DNA from: a virus | Length of the DNA stretch: 64,000 nucleotides | Direction: 5' to 3' (one strand) | IMG/VR virus record: IMGVR_UViG_3300045806_000013 | Span: 7,044 to 71,043 of that record | Shown here: piece after piece, positions 32,137 to 39,839 of the stretch | How the letters are laid out: each line of letters opens with the position of its first letter | How positions within the stretch are numbered: the stretch's first letter is position 1 | The notes under the pieces: model-generated | Seen by the model: only the letters and a program-made list of their open reading frames with translations | What the model was told of the DNA's origin: nothing | The model's database searches: none | Position numbers and translations under genes: made by a program

Positions 32137-32328
32137 ATGATGAAAAACGAACCAAAGCTTATCAAATATCAGAATCTGGCACAGCCCGATGTGGTGTTCT
32201 ATGCCTTTAGTAATTGGCACACTAAAGAGATAGATGGTGTAACCTTTCTTTCGGTGGTAAAGAATCCACCATCACACAATACGCAAATTACACATTGGAT
32301 ACGAAAAGATTCATTGAAGAGGGTATAA
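32137..32328 (+). CDS. Hypothetical protein
   Basis: ORF directly after the promoter. Confidence 0.5.
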   Translation: MMKNEPKLIKYQNLAQPDVVFYAFSNWHTKEIDGVTFLSVVKNPPSHNTQITHWIRKDSLKRV

Positions 32329-32338
32329 ATATATATTT

Positions 32339-32413
32339 CTGGCGTTCGTTCAACGGATAGGACAACTGCCTTCTAAGCAGTGAATAGGGGTTCGATTCCC
32401 TTACGCCGGACCA
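32339..32413 (+). tRNA. tRNA-Arg(TCT)
   Basis: Cloverleaf, loop CTTCTAA, encoded CCA. Confidence 0.92.
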
Positions 32414-32419
32414 ATACAT

Positions 32420-32494
32420 GCCACTCTAGCTCAATGGGAGAGCAGGGAACTCATAATTCCTTGGCACTTGGATCGAAACCAAGGAGTGGCACCA
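32420..32494 (+). tRNA. tRNA-Met/Ile2(CAT)
   Basis: Cloverleaf, loop CTCATAA, T-loop ATCGAAA, CCA. Confidence 0.88.
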
Positions 32495-32509
32495 TCTTAC
32501 AGGTATCAT

Positions 32510-33319
32510 ATGAAATCGTTTAAAGAATATTCAGAAGCTAAAAAGAAAGTTCCATTTTTGTCTTGGGATTCCGGATTTTCGGAAGTACGTGAAAAGAAAG
32601 TAACTGAAAATTGGCATGGTTTGCCACAAAAACAGGACTCCACCGGAAATAACAAATTTGGACAGAACTACGATGCCGGTTTTCATGATCACCCAGATGT
32701 AAAGCCTAGGAATGTATCGGATGATCATGCTAGGGCAATACTAAGGTATACGACAACATCCAGTAATGGAGAAAGAGGTCATGCGTCATCTGGAAATATG
32801 AATGCGTATCTTAGGAATAAAGCGGGGGACAAAACCCAACGAATACTGCATGACCATGATCCAAAAAAAGTACACGATTCTATAAAAACATTATCTTCTG
32901 CATTCACTAAAGAAAATACAAATAAGAAAGCTATTCATACATATGGTGGTGTTCCTGCACATATTGGCGAGAAGTTGGAGAAAAGTGAGAAGGGTTCTGA
33001 GCATCATTTAGCGGGATTTACTAGTACAAGTTCTGCGCAACGGACGGCCAAACACTTTGCACATACATATAATGGATTTGATCCGAAAAAAGTAAAGCAT
33101 GTTATACACTATCATGTTAAGCCTGGAGCAGGTCTATCCGCAGTGCACCACACAGACTATAATGAAAATGAAGTGATTTTACATCATGGGGCAAAATTGA
33201 AATATTCCCACACTACGGTGCATAAAGGAACTGAGGGTGAAGGTGACACTCATGTGCATCATGTGGTGGTTGGGTCTAAACATAAAAAGATTGAAGATTA
33301 TGGAGATTATGAAGCCTGA
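32510..33319 (+). CDS. ADP-ribosyltransferase-like protein (Alt/Mod-type), His-rich, CTS-like N-terminus
   Basis: YT...MNAYLR, FTSTS and ENEV motifs; starts MKSFKEYSE. Confidence 0.75.
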   Translation: MKSFKEYSEAKKKVPFLSWDSGFSEVREKKVTENWHGLPQKQDSTGNNKFGQNYDAGFHDHPDVKPRNVSDDHARAILRYTTTSSNGERGHASSGNMNAYLRNKAGDKTQRILHDHDPKKVHDSIKTLSSAFTKENTNKKAIHTYGGVPAHIGEKLEKSEKGSEHHLAGFTSTSSAQRTAKHFAHTYNGFDPKKVKHVIHYHVKPGAGLSAVHHTDYNENEVILHHGAKLKYSHTTVHKGTEGEGDTHVHHVVVGSKHKKIEDYGDYEA

Positions 33320-33731
33320 ATTGATTGAAGCGTACAAGACAACAACGGAAGCTTTTGCTAAATTATCAAGAGCTAGACGTCTGCAAGTTGGTGCTATTGT
33401 GGTGAAGGATGGTCGTATCATTTCCATAGGATATAATGGAACACCCGCAGGCTGGGATAATAATTGTGAAGATGTCCAAGAGGATGGGTCGTTGAAGACA
33501 AAGCCGGAGGTAGTTCATGCTGAAATGAATGCAATTGGTAAATTGGCTAAATCTAATGAATCCGGTGATGGTTCTACAATGTTTATCACACACGCGCCAT
33601 GTGTCGAATGTGCTAAGTTGATTGCAGTGAGTGGAATTAAAAAAGTGTATTTCGGCGCTGCATATAGATCAGATGATGGTGTTGTATTTTTACAACGATG
33701 TGGCGTGGAGGTTGACATGATCCCTAAATAG
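33309..33731 (+). CDS. cd: dCMP deaminase
   Basis: IGYNG, HAEMNAI, PCVEC. Confidence 0.92.
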   Translation: MKPELIEAYKTTTEAFAKLSRARRLQVGAIVVKDGRIISIGYNGTPAGWDNNCEDVQEDGSLKTKPEVVHAEMNAIGKLAKSNESGDGSTMFITHAPCVECAKLIAVSGIKKVYFGAAYRSDDGVVFLQRCGVEVDMIPK

Positions 33732-33740
33732 AGTTATAAT
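33712..33740 (+). promoter_or_regulatory. Sigma70 consensus promoter
   Basis: TTGACA-17bp-TATAAT. Confidence 0.8.
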
Positions 33741-33759
33741 TCAAACTTAGGGGATTGGG

Positions 33760-34272
33760 ATGAATGTTAAGATTTATGGTTGTCCTGAAAAAGCATTCAA
33801 ACCCTATGTAGAAAGATCGGTGCAGTTTTTCGCAGATTTGTTAATATCTAAGAAGATGCAGGAGAATGTAGGAATAAAAATACGTTTCGTCAAGAAATTG
33901 GACGTTTATGGATATGCAGAAGTGGATGGTCATAATGCTAGCAGGAAGCCCAGAAAGTTTATTATAACTGTGCATTCTGGTTTGGGAGCAAGACCGACGA
34001 TAGAGACAATTGCACATGAAATGGTCCATGTCAGACAATTTGTGTATGGTCATATAAATGAGACCTTAGACAAATGGTATGACCTAAAAGAAGATTTCAA
34101 TGAGGTGGATTACTGGTTCAAACCATGGGAAATTGAAGCACATGGGCTAGAGGCTGGATTGATGACAAAGTTTGCAATCAGTGAAAATTTGTGGGAAATC
34201 TTTGGAGATTTTGTAAATCCAGCAGAAAAGATAAAAAAAGTTGAAATAAATTGGTTAAAGCCACCATTTTGA
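33760..34272 (+). CDS. Zincin-like metallopeptidase
   Basis: AHEMVHVRQ and PWEIEA. Confidence 0.75.
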   Translation: MNVKIYGCPEKAFKPYVERSVQFFADLLISKKMQENVGIKIRFVKKLDVYGYAEVDGHNASRKPRKFIITVHSGLGARPTIETIAHEMVHVRQFVYGHINETLDKWYDLKEDFNEVDYWFKPWEIEAHGLEAGLMTKFAISENLWEIFGDFVNPAEKIKKVEINWLKPPF

Positions 34273-34328
34273 TAAATAAGTTGTATATATAGTAGTAGAG
34301 TTTAATTTTTAACAGAAAAAAGAGTATA

Positions 34329-34448
34329 ATGTCCTTTAGTAAATCGTTTCCATCATTGCGCGAGTATCACACACCGTTAAACGGCAGTGATAATCAGCCA
34401 TGGGCGATTGGGGTTAAGGGGTTTGATGAAGGTGGTGGTTACTGTTAA
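34329..34448 (+). CDS. Putative 39-aa attenuator leader peptide
   Basis: MSFSKSFPSLREYHTPLNGSDNQPWAIGVKGFDEGGGYC; overlaps a sequence complementary to the downstream terminator. Confidence 0.6.
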   Translation: MSFSKSFPSLREYHTPLNGSDNQPWAIGVKGFDEGGGYC

Positions 34449-34471
34449 GACAGCACCAAAGCAAGATTCTC

Positions 34472-34508
34472 AAACCCCAGAAAGCGAAAGTTCTCTGGGG
34501 TTTTTTCT
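34472..34508 (+). terminator. Terminator (putative attenuator) upstream of the main tRNA array
   Basis: aaaccccaga...gaaa...tctgggg followed by tttttt. Confidence 0.85.
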
Positions 34509-34532
34509 TAGTGTAAATTTTTAAAAAACGTG

Positions 34533-34560
34533 TTGCAAACTTTGAAAATTGTGGTATAAT
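34533..34560 (+). promoter_or_regulatory. Sigma70 promoter with extended -10
   Basis: TTGCAA-16bp-TATAAT with TG upstream of the -10. Confidence 0.7.
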
Positions 34561-34569
34561 ACGTTTATC

Positions 34570-34616
34570 GATTCAGAAATCATCGAATTTCGAATCAAAA
34601 GTTCTTTAACAATTGA
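34570..34616 (+). promoter_or_regulatory. rrn-like hairpin plus boxA antitermination element
   Basis: gattcagaaat/atttcgaatc hairpin, then GTTCTTTAACAATT (rrn boxA is TGCTCTTTAACAATT). Confidence 0.6.
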
Positions 34617-34794
34617 GTGTAGTTTTCTGATCCCTTGATGTAGCATACATATGCCACTTGTCGGGATGACATCGTGTGTCAAGGGATCATAGTTAAACAC
34701 ATCCATAACGCAACTCGGTACATGGATACCTGATCATGTGGCGCTGAAAACATGTGGGTGGCAAAGCCATGCTCGGTGTGTTTAACTATGATGT

Positions 34795-34868
34795 TCGGGA
34801 TTTGTGTAGTGGTAGCACACCAGACTTTGACTCTGATAGTATAAGTTCGATTCTTATATCCCGTACCA
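34795..34868 (+). tRNA. tRNA-Gln(TTG)
   Basis: Cloverleaf, loop CTTTGAC, CCA. Confidence 0.9.
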
Positions 34869-34875
34869 GAAAAAT

Positions 34876-34963
34876 GGATCATAGATGCTCTGGGAGCTAA
34901 CTGGCCTTGAAAACCGGTCCACTGTTGATAGCGGTGACAGTTCGATTCTGTTGTGATCCTCCC
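34876..34963 (+). tRNA. tRNA-Ser(TGA)
   Basis: Loop CTTGAAA, long variable arm; ends CCC rather than CCA. Confidence 0.75.
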
Positions 34964-35015
34964 TTGAGTCGAAGTCAAGACTCGAACTATTGTAAATATA
35001 GTATAGGAGATTAAT

Positions 35016-35711
35016 ATGTACTATACAATTTATAAAATAGTAAATCAAATCGATGGCAAGGTCTACATAGGTAGCCATAAGACCAAAGATTTGAATGACA
35101 AATATATGGGGTCGGGTAAATATCTGAAACGCGCCCAAGAGAAGTGTGGAATTGTTAATTTCACCAAAGAGATACTTTTCACATATGATAATGCACAGGA
35201 AATGTATGCAAAAGAAGCAGAGTTGGTGAATGAAGATTTCTTATCAACTGAAAACACATACAATTTGAAGGTTGGTGGTTCTGGTGGTTGGGATTTTATC
35301 AATAATGATAAAGATCATTATACCCACTCGTCGGAACATTCATATTACATGAAAAGACATTATAAAGAAAAAATGAAAGACACTTCATACAGAAATAAAG
35401 TATGTGAAAATATTTCAAAAGGTTTAAAAAATAAAGCAAACAATGATCCTGTATACCTAGAGAAAAAAAGAAAACATATTAAAAATATGAGTTTCGCAGG
35501 CAAACATCATAAACAGGAGAGTAAAATAAAAATGTCACTTTCTATGCAGGGTAAACAATCAGGTGAAAAAAATTCACAATATGGTTCCTTGTGGATAACT
35601 AATGGAACCGAAAATAAAAAGATAAGTAAAAATGATGTTATACCAAATGGTTGGTATAGAGGAAGAAAAATAAAGGTGCAGTCCCATAATGGTATTGGAG
35701 TTGATTGCTAA
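35016..35711 (+). CDS. GIY-YIG (Seg-like) homing endonuclease
   Basis: TIYKIVN...VYIGSH, YMGSG, YNLKVGG, NUMOD3-like GKHH. Confidence 0.9.
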   Translation: MYYTIYKIVNQIDGKVYIGSHKTKDLNDKYMGSGKYLKRAQEKCGIVNFTKEILFTYDNAQEMYAKEAELVNEDFLSTENTYNLKVGGSGGWDFINNDKDHYTHSSEHSYYMKRHYKEKMKDTSYRNKVCENISKGLKNKANNDPVYLEKKRKHIKNMSFAGKHHKQESKIKMSLSMQGKQSGEKNSQYGSLWITNGTENKKISKNDVIPNGWYRGRKIKVQSHNGIGVDC

Positions 35712-35764
35712 TCAATCGGTTGTAGTAATACGGCTTCGGGGTTCAAGTCCCCGCTGCACCACCA
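35675..35764 (+). tRNA. tRNA-Ser(GCT)
   Basis: Loop TTGCTAA, long variable arm, CCA; overlaps the 3' end of the endonuclease gene. Confidence 0.88.
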
Positions 35765-35888
35765 ATCAAACCCGGACCGGGAAACCGGTTAATGGGAGTA
35801 CGTGAGTTACTAAGGTGTCCTAGGCACTGAATGTGGCGGAATTCTCACAAAGCTATATGAGTCGTCCTGAGATATAGCACCTATAAAT

Positions 35889-35978
35889 GGAATATGCGGT
35901 CATGTTGGTACTGACGCCTGTTTGGAAAACAGGAGACTGCCTTGTGTGGTCGGGGTTCAATTCCTCCATATTCCTCCA
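35889..35978 (+). tRNA. tRNA-Ser(GGA)
   Basis: Loop TTGGAAA, long variable arm, CCA. Confidence 0.85.
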
Positions 35979-35986
35979 AGTTTTAT

Positions 35987-36064
35987 GCCCTTATGGACAA
36001 ATTGGTAAAGTCGCTTCTCTCAAAAGGAAGAATTCTCTCGGCTCGAATCCGAGTAAGGGCACCA
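35987..36064 (+). tRNA. tRNA-Leu(CAA), short variable loop
   Basis: Loop CTCAAAA, CCA. Confidence 0.85.
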
Positions 36065-36071
36065 GTTTTAT

Positions 36072-36149
36072 GTGCAAGTACCAGAGCGGTCTAATGGCAA
36101 TGTCTGCAAAACATTTGATTCGTGAGTTCAAATCTCACCTTGCACTCCA
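36072..36149 (+). tRNA. tRNA-Cys(GCA)
   Basis: Loop CTGCAAA, U73, CCA. Confidence 0.9.
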
Positions 36150-36180
36150 GTTATTTTTGTGTTATAATTAGATTTTAAAT

Positions 36181-36255
36181 ACTGCTGTCGTCTAGTGGCT
36201 AGGACATCTGGTTTTCATCCAGAGAAAGACGGATCGAAACCGTTCAGCAGTACCA
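36181..36255 (+). tRNA. tRNA-Glu(TTC)
   Basis: Loop TTTTCAT, CCA. Confidence 0.88.
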
Positions 36256-36259
36256 ATAT

Positions 36260-36333
36260 GGGGGTATAACTTAGTGGTAAAGTAGTAGGCTTTTAACCTA
36301 TTAACCAGAGTTCAATTCTCTGTGCCCCTACCA
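36260..36333 (+). tRNA. tRNA-Lys(TTT)
   Basis: Loop CTTTTAA, CCA. Confidence 0.9.
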
Positions 36334-36467
36334 AGAGCAGCGACCATGATTCACAATGGTCAGTATGAGCGAGTGAGGTATCTAGATAATCCTCACAGCA
36401 AGCAATAGTACGACAAACTATGTGATTAAGGTTTTATGGTGTCCTTTAAAAAACCGTACAGATTTAT

Positions 36468-36542
36468 GGTGCTGTCATATAATGGATATTATCGCGGATT
36501 GTCTATCCGTAGATGGGAGTTCGATTCTCCCCAGCATCGCCA
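36468..36542 (+). tRNA. tRNA-Asp(GTC)
   Basis: Loop TTGTCTA, G73, CCA. Confidence 0.9.
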
Positions 36543-36551
36543 AAGTTTTAT

Positions 36552-36630
36552 TCCGTGAAATTCAAGCAAGGTGCAAGGACTTGACTGTTAATCAATGACT
36601 AGGTGGGTTCGATTCCCTCACACGGAGCCA
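36552..36630 (+). tRNA. tRNA-Asn(GTT), copy 1, atypical D arm
   Basis: Loop CTGTTAA, GCCA end. Confidence 0.8.
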
Positions 36631-36644
36631 GTTTGTTATTTTAT

Positions 36645-36720
36645 TCTCCTATAGCTCAGTTGGTAGAGCATTTGACTGTTAATCAAAATGTCCCTCGTTC
36701 GAGCCGAGGTAGGGGAGCCA
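36645..36720 (+). tRNA. tRNA-Asn(GTT), copy 2
   Basis: Canonical cloverleaf, loop CTGTTAA, GCCA. Confidence 0.92.
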
Positions 36721-36727
36721 GTTTTAT

Positions 36728-36798
36728 TCTTGTGTAATGTAATAGTAGCATAGGGCCGTATACACCCAGTGAAAGTGCAACTCTTTCTGCAAGAGCCA
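36728..36798 (+). ncRNA. Degenerate tRNA-like RNA
   Basis: Acceptor stem and GCCA, D-like and T-like arms, non-canonical anticodon and T loops. Confidence 0.55.
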
Positions 36799-36803
36799 GT
36801 TTT

Positions 36804-36863
36804 AGGATTCATTCAGCAAAATCAAAAAATTCAACTTATATTTGAAAAAAAGCGAATCCTGTT
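36804..36863 (+). ncRNA. Y-RNA-like motif copy 1 with anticodon-stem-loop cargo (TAT)
   Basis: aggattc/gaatcct stem, ATTCAGCAA, 3' CTGTT; ttcaa-CTTATAT-ttgaa hairpin. Confidence 0.65.
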
Positions 36864-36872
36864 GTATTTTAT

Positions 36873-36946
36873 CTCCGTGTGGCGTAATGGTAGCGTCCGT
36901 GATTTGGGGTCATGGGGCGAAGGTTCGATTCCTTCTACGGAGACCA
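36873..36946 (+). tRNA. tRNA-Pro(TGG)
   Basis: Loop TTTGGGG, CCA. Confidence 0.9.
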
Positions 36947-36957
36947 GTTAGTTTAAT

Positions 36958-37041
36958 GGACGTTTGACCGAGAGGCCGAAGGTAGCGGATTGTAAACCCG
37001 CTCGTAACTGCACGTTGGTTCGAATCCAACAGCGTCCACCA
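36958..37041 (+). tRNA. tRNA-Tyr(GTA)
   Basis: Loop TTGTAAA, variable arm, CCA. Confidence 0.9.
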
Positions 37042-37109
37042 TGAAAGCGCAGTTTGTAGGATTCTGCCACTGAGTAGTAAAACTCGATAAATAATACCTA
37101 CACATATTT

Positions 37110-37184
37110 GGGCTGTTAGTATAACTGGGAATACAGTGGCGTTGCAAGCCTCAGTCGGGAGTTCGATCCTCCCACGGTCCACCA
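37110..37184 (+). tRNA. tRNA-Ala(TGC)
   Basis: G3:U70 pair, loop GTTGCAA, CCA. Confidence 0.88.
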
Positions 37185-37228
37185 TTATTGTTTATAAATA
37201 TAAGACTTACATTTATAGGATTTTTCGT

Positions 37229-37525
37229 ATGCTGACATTCAAATCATTCATCAGAGAATCTGTTCAATAAGAACATGAATTCAATGATAGTTCTGCACCG
37301 ATGCAGGCTGGAATGCCTAAAACTCTCCATGATTTTTTGTGGCATCTATCTGCACCAAATCCAGATGGTCGCGGTGTTGTAAGTGGGTTGCAGTTGAAGG
37401 GTGTTACAAATGAAAGTGCGGGCAATTTCGCCAATCATGTGGATGAACATGGTACAATCTGGATTCATGATCACAAACATGGTCAAGGTCCGCATAAGAC
37501 AATACCGATTCACGCTGCAAAATAA
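37229..37525 (+). pseudogene. Small His-rich CTS-bearing gene with an in-frame TAA at codon 14
   Basis: TATAAATA at 37193, AGGA RBS, MLTFKSFIRESVQ*EHEF... in frame with the 37301 ORF. Confidence 0.6.
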
Positions 37526-37532
37526 GATAGAT

Positions 37533-37607
37533 GGTTCTATGACGTAGATGGATGCGTATCGGTTTCATAAGCCGAAGAGAGTGGATCGATACCACTTAGA
37601 ACCACCA
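37533..37607 (+). tRNA. tRNA-Met/Ile2(CAT)
   Basis: Loop TTCATAA, CCA. Confidence 0.85.
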
Positions 37608-37615
37608 TAGTTAAT

Positions 37616-37692
37616 CCGCCCGTAGCACAACTGGAGAATGTACCGTCCTACGAAGTCGAGTGGTGGGAGTTCGAATCTCTCCGGGTGGACCA
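37616..37692 (+). tRNA. tRNA-Arg(ACG)
   Basis: Loop CTACGAA, imperfect anticodon stem, CCA. Confidence 0.8.
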
Positions 37693-37707
37693 ATTTAGGA
37701 GTATAAT

Positions 37708-37893
37708 ATGTCAGATGGTGGTAAAGGTTCCACGCCCAGACCATTTTCAGTTTCCAACGCCGAGTATGCTGCCCGATGGGATACGATATTCGGAAAGGAA
37801 GTAGAAAATGCTGAAGTTAAGAAAGAAATAGACGATCTGTTGTATGGAGTCAACAAAGACCTAAAAAGGATCATTGACCTCAATAAACAGTGA
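37708..37893 (+). CDS. Hypothetical protein
   Basis: AGGAG RBS; MSDGGKGS.PRP N-terminus. Confidence 0.65.
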   Translation: MSDGGKGSTPRPFSVSNAEYAARWDTIFGKEVENAEVKKEIDDLLYGVNKDLKRIIDLNKQ

Positions 37894-38087
37894 TATAATG
37901 CCATATGTGTTTTAGCGCACCAAACTTTACAAAATAAGTGACGAGTTGGGTTCGGTAGCACACAGAGTTTTGAGTCATTTTTGCGTTTTTTGTCCTACAT
38001 AATAATGTGAGATATGGAAATATTTCATAGATATCGGCATCTAGATACCGAGTGTAATTTCCATATAAAAAACAAAAAGGAAATATT

Positions 38088-38711
38088 ATGGCAGACGTAT
38101 TAACACAATCAGACTTATTTAATTTATTTCGTGATAACGCAGATATTCGGCTGGAAGATGCTGAACATTCCTCAGATATCCGTAGGGAAACTGCGGCAGG
38201 CGTGGCAGACATTCGTAGGGAAACTGCGGAACACACAGCAGATATTCGTAGAGAAGATTCTGAAGGTGTATCGAGGATTCTTCTAGAACAAGCCAAGGGT
38301 CTTGACAATATCAATTCTGATGTTAAGGCTACTGGTTGGAGTGTTGCAGATAGAGTTGGGGCAGAGTCAGCTAAGATTATTAATCAACAAACGCAATTCT
38401 ATATTGCTGCTGCTGCTGAAAGTGCAAGAAATGCATTGGAAGCTGCGAAGGTTTCGTATAACATTCTTGAGGGTCAAGCTCTTATTAATAGGACGACAAC
38501 CCATGAAGCAATGGAAACCCGTAAGCTGATCAATGACCTTCAGGTACAAGACCTAAATCGTATGTTGATTGAAAAGAATTCAGTCTTGATGGAGGAACGT
38601 GTAGAAGGTCGTTCACTATTAAGGGCCATTGAATCTAATCAATTCGCTACTTTACAAGGTAACATTAATTCACTACATGCACAGATTCATGCTGGCACTG
38701 CTGTGGCTTAA
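38088..38711 (+). CDS. Coiled-coil protein with 11-residue DIRRE repeats
   Basis: Four D-I-R-[RL]-E repeats spaced 11 aa apart; AAGGA RBS. Confidence 0.65.
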   Translation: MADVLTQSDLFNLFRDNADIRLEDAEHSSDIRRETAAGVADIRRETAEHTADIRREDSEGVSRILLEQAKGLDNINSDVKATGWSVADRVGAESAKIINQQTQFYIAAAAESARNALEAAKVSYNILEGQALINRTTTHEAMETRKLINDLQVQDLNRMLIEKNSVLMEERVEGRSLLRAIESNQFATLQGNINSLHAQIHAGTAVA

Positions 38712-38764
38712 TTTGATAGTTGGAATCTGGTTGATCACAAGTTGACCAGATTTTTTTAAGATTT

Positions 38765-38853
38765 AGAATACATTCAGCAAAAATTATTATAGGTTCGATT
38801 CCTAAATTATGCTTTTAGCATGACGCCAATGGTGGCAAATATTGTATTCTGTT
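38765..38853 (+). ncRNA. Y-RNA-like motif copy 2 with T-arm, hairpin and D-arm cargo (YrlA-like order)
   Basis: agaatac/gtattct stem; tagg-TTCGATT-ccta, atgc-tttta-gcat, gcc-aatggt-ggc. Confidence 0.65.
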
Positions 38854-38859
38854 GTTTAC

Positions 38860-38893
38860 ACCCGGATAATTAAATGGTATAATAATCGGCTGA
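38860..38893 (+). pseudogene. 5' half remnant of tRNA-Ile, truncated in the anticodon loop
   Basis: acccgga-taattaaatggtataat-a-atcgg-ctga parallels the 5' half of the tRNA at 39658. Confidence 0.7.
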
Positions 38894-38919
38894 CCTAAAT
38901 AAGTATTTTAAAGATTTAT

Positions 38920-39672
38920 ATGCCATTGTATTGTTGCTGTATTGAATGTAGAAGTGTTGTGGCAACTAGCCAGATATCCAGACACTATAAGAGTAAATTA
39001 TGTCTAAGTGGAGGTAAATACGTACCAATGACGTGCTGCCCCCATTGTAATCTCCGAAAAGAGGATATAAATTCAGATTTTGCGAATCATGTGAAATTTT
39101 GCGCGGCAAATGAGTCGGTGCCAAATTATAAAAATGGAAAAGGTTCAAAATATTTTACAGGTAGATTAGCATGGAATAAAGGCAAAACTAAAGAAAATGA
39201 TGTAAGAGTTGCTAAATCTGCAAATACGCTGATGGTAGGCATAAAGCCGAATCATGGTCAATGTAGTGATCCCATTGAAGAGACGGAAAGACGATTGAAA
39301 CTTTCAAAAATTGCAAAACTTAATGGGTTTGGTGGATATAGACAAAATGCAGGTATAAGTAAAAAGTTTAGAGTTTTAGATTCATATGGAAAAGAGGTTG
39401 TGTTACAGAGTAGCTATGAACTTAAATGTTCAGAGATATTGAATTCATCCAACATAAAGTGGATTAGACCAACCGCATTGAAATACGATAACAAAAATTA
39501 TTTTGCCGATTTCTATCTTCCTGAATATGACGTGTGGCTAGACCCGAAGAATGCATATAAAGCCACTCTAGACAGTGATAAAATCAAAAAAGTAATAGCA
39601 CAAAATAATATAAGATTGTATGTTTTATTAGAACATCAATTAACAAAAGAATATATTGCCGGGATAATATAG
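38920..39672 (+). CDS. Putative homing endonuclease (Zn finger, NUMOD, PD-(D/E)xK)
   Basis: CPHC, AWNKG, SSYE...YFADFYLP...LDPK. Confidence 0.75.
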   Translation: MPLYCCCIECRSVVATSQISRHYKSKLCLSGGKYVPMTCCPHCNLRKEDINSDFANHVKFCAANESVPNYKNGKGSKYFTGRLAWNKGKTKENDVRVAKSANTLMVGIKPNHGQCSDPIEETERRLKLSKIAKLNGFGGYRQNAGISKKFRVLDSYGKEVVLQSSYELKCSEILNSSNIKWIRPTALKYDNKNYFADFYLPEYDVWLDPKNAYKATLDSDKIKKVIAQNNIRLYVLLEHQLTKEYIAGII

Positions 39673-39732
39673 TGATCTGTATAATCGCCTGATAAGCGAT
39701 CAGTGATGGTTTGATTCCATCTCTCGGTACCA
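39658..39732 (+). tRNA. tRNA-Ile(GAT)
   Basis: Loop CTGATAA, CCA; overlaps the endonuclease stop codon. Confidence 0.8.
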
Positions 39733-39740
39733 AAAAATAT

Positions 39741-39815
39741 AAGTCGCAGGTGTAAATGGCTGCATCTTAGTCTCCAAAACTAAAGGACACGGATCGTTAC
39801 CGTGGCGACTTGCCA
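39741..39815 (+). tRNA. tRNA-Trp(CCA)
   Basis: Loop CTCCAAA, GCCA end. Confidence 0.85.
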
Positions 39816-39839
39816 GTTTTTTATAAGGAGTGAAGTGAT

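Noticed and set aside
32468-32509. N-terminal extension of the ART-like ORF
   Set aside because: It overlaps tRNA-Met; the ATG at 32510 gives a CTS-like start
36814-36864. Pseudoknot between CAGCA and the 3' TGTTG in the Y-like motif
   Set aside because: The connecting loops look too short for an intramolecular pseudoknot, and the pairing is not kept in all six copies
35887-37185. Short ORFs called across the tRNA array (35887, 36769, 36910, 36953; also 41251)
   Set aside because: They overlap clear tRNA or ncRNA genes
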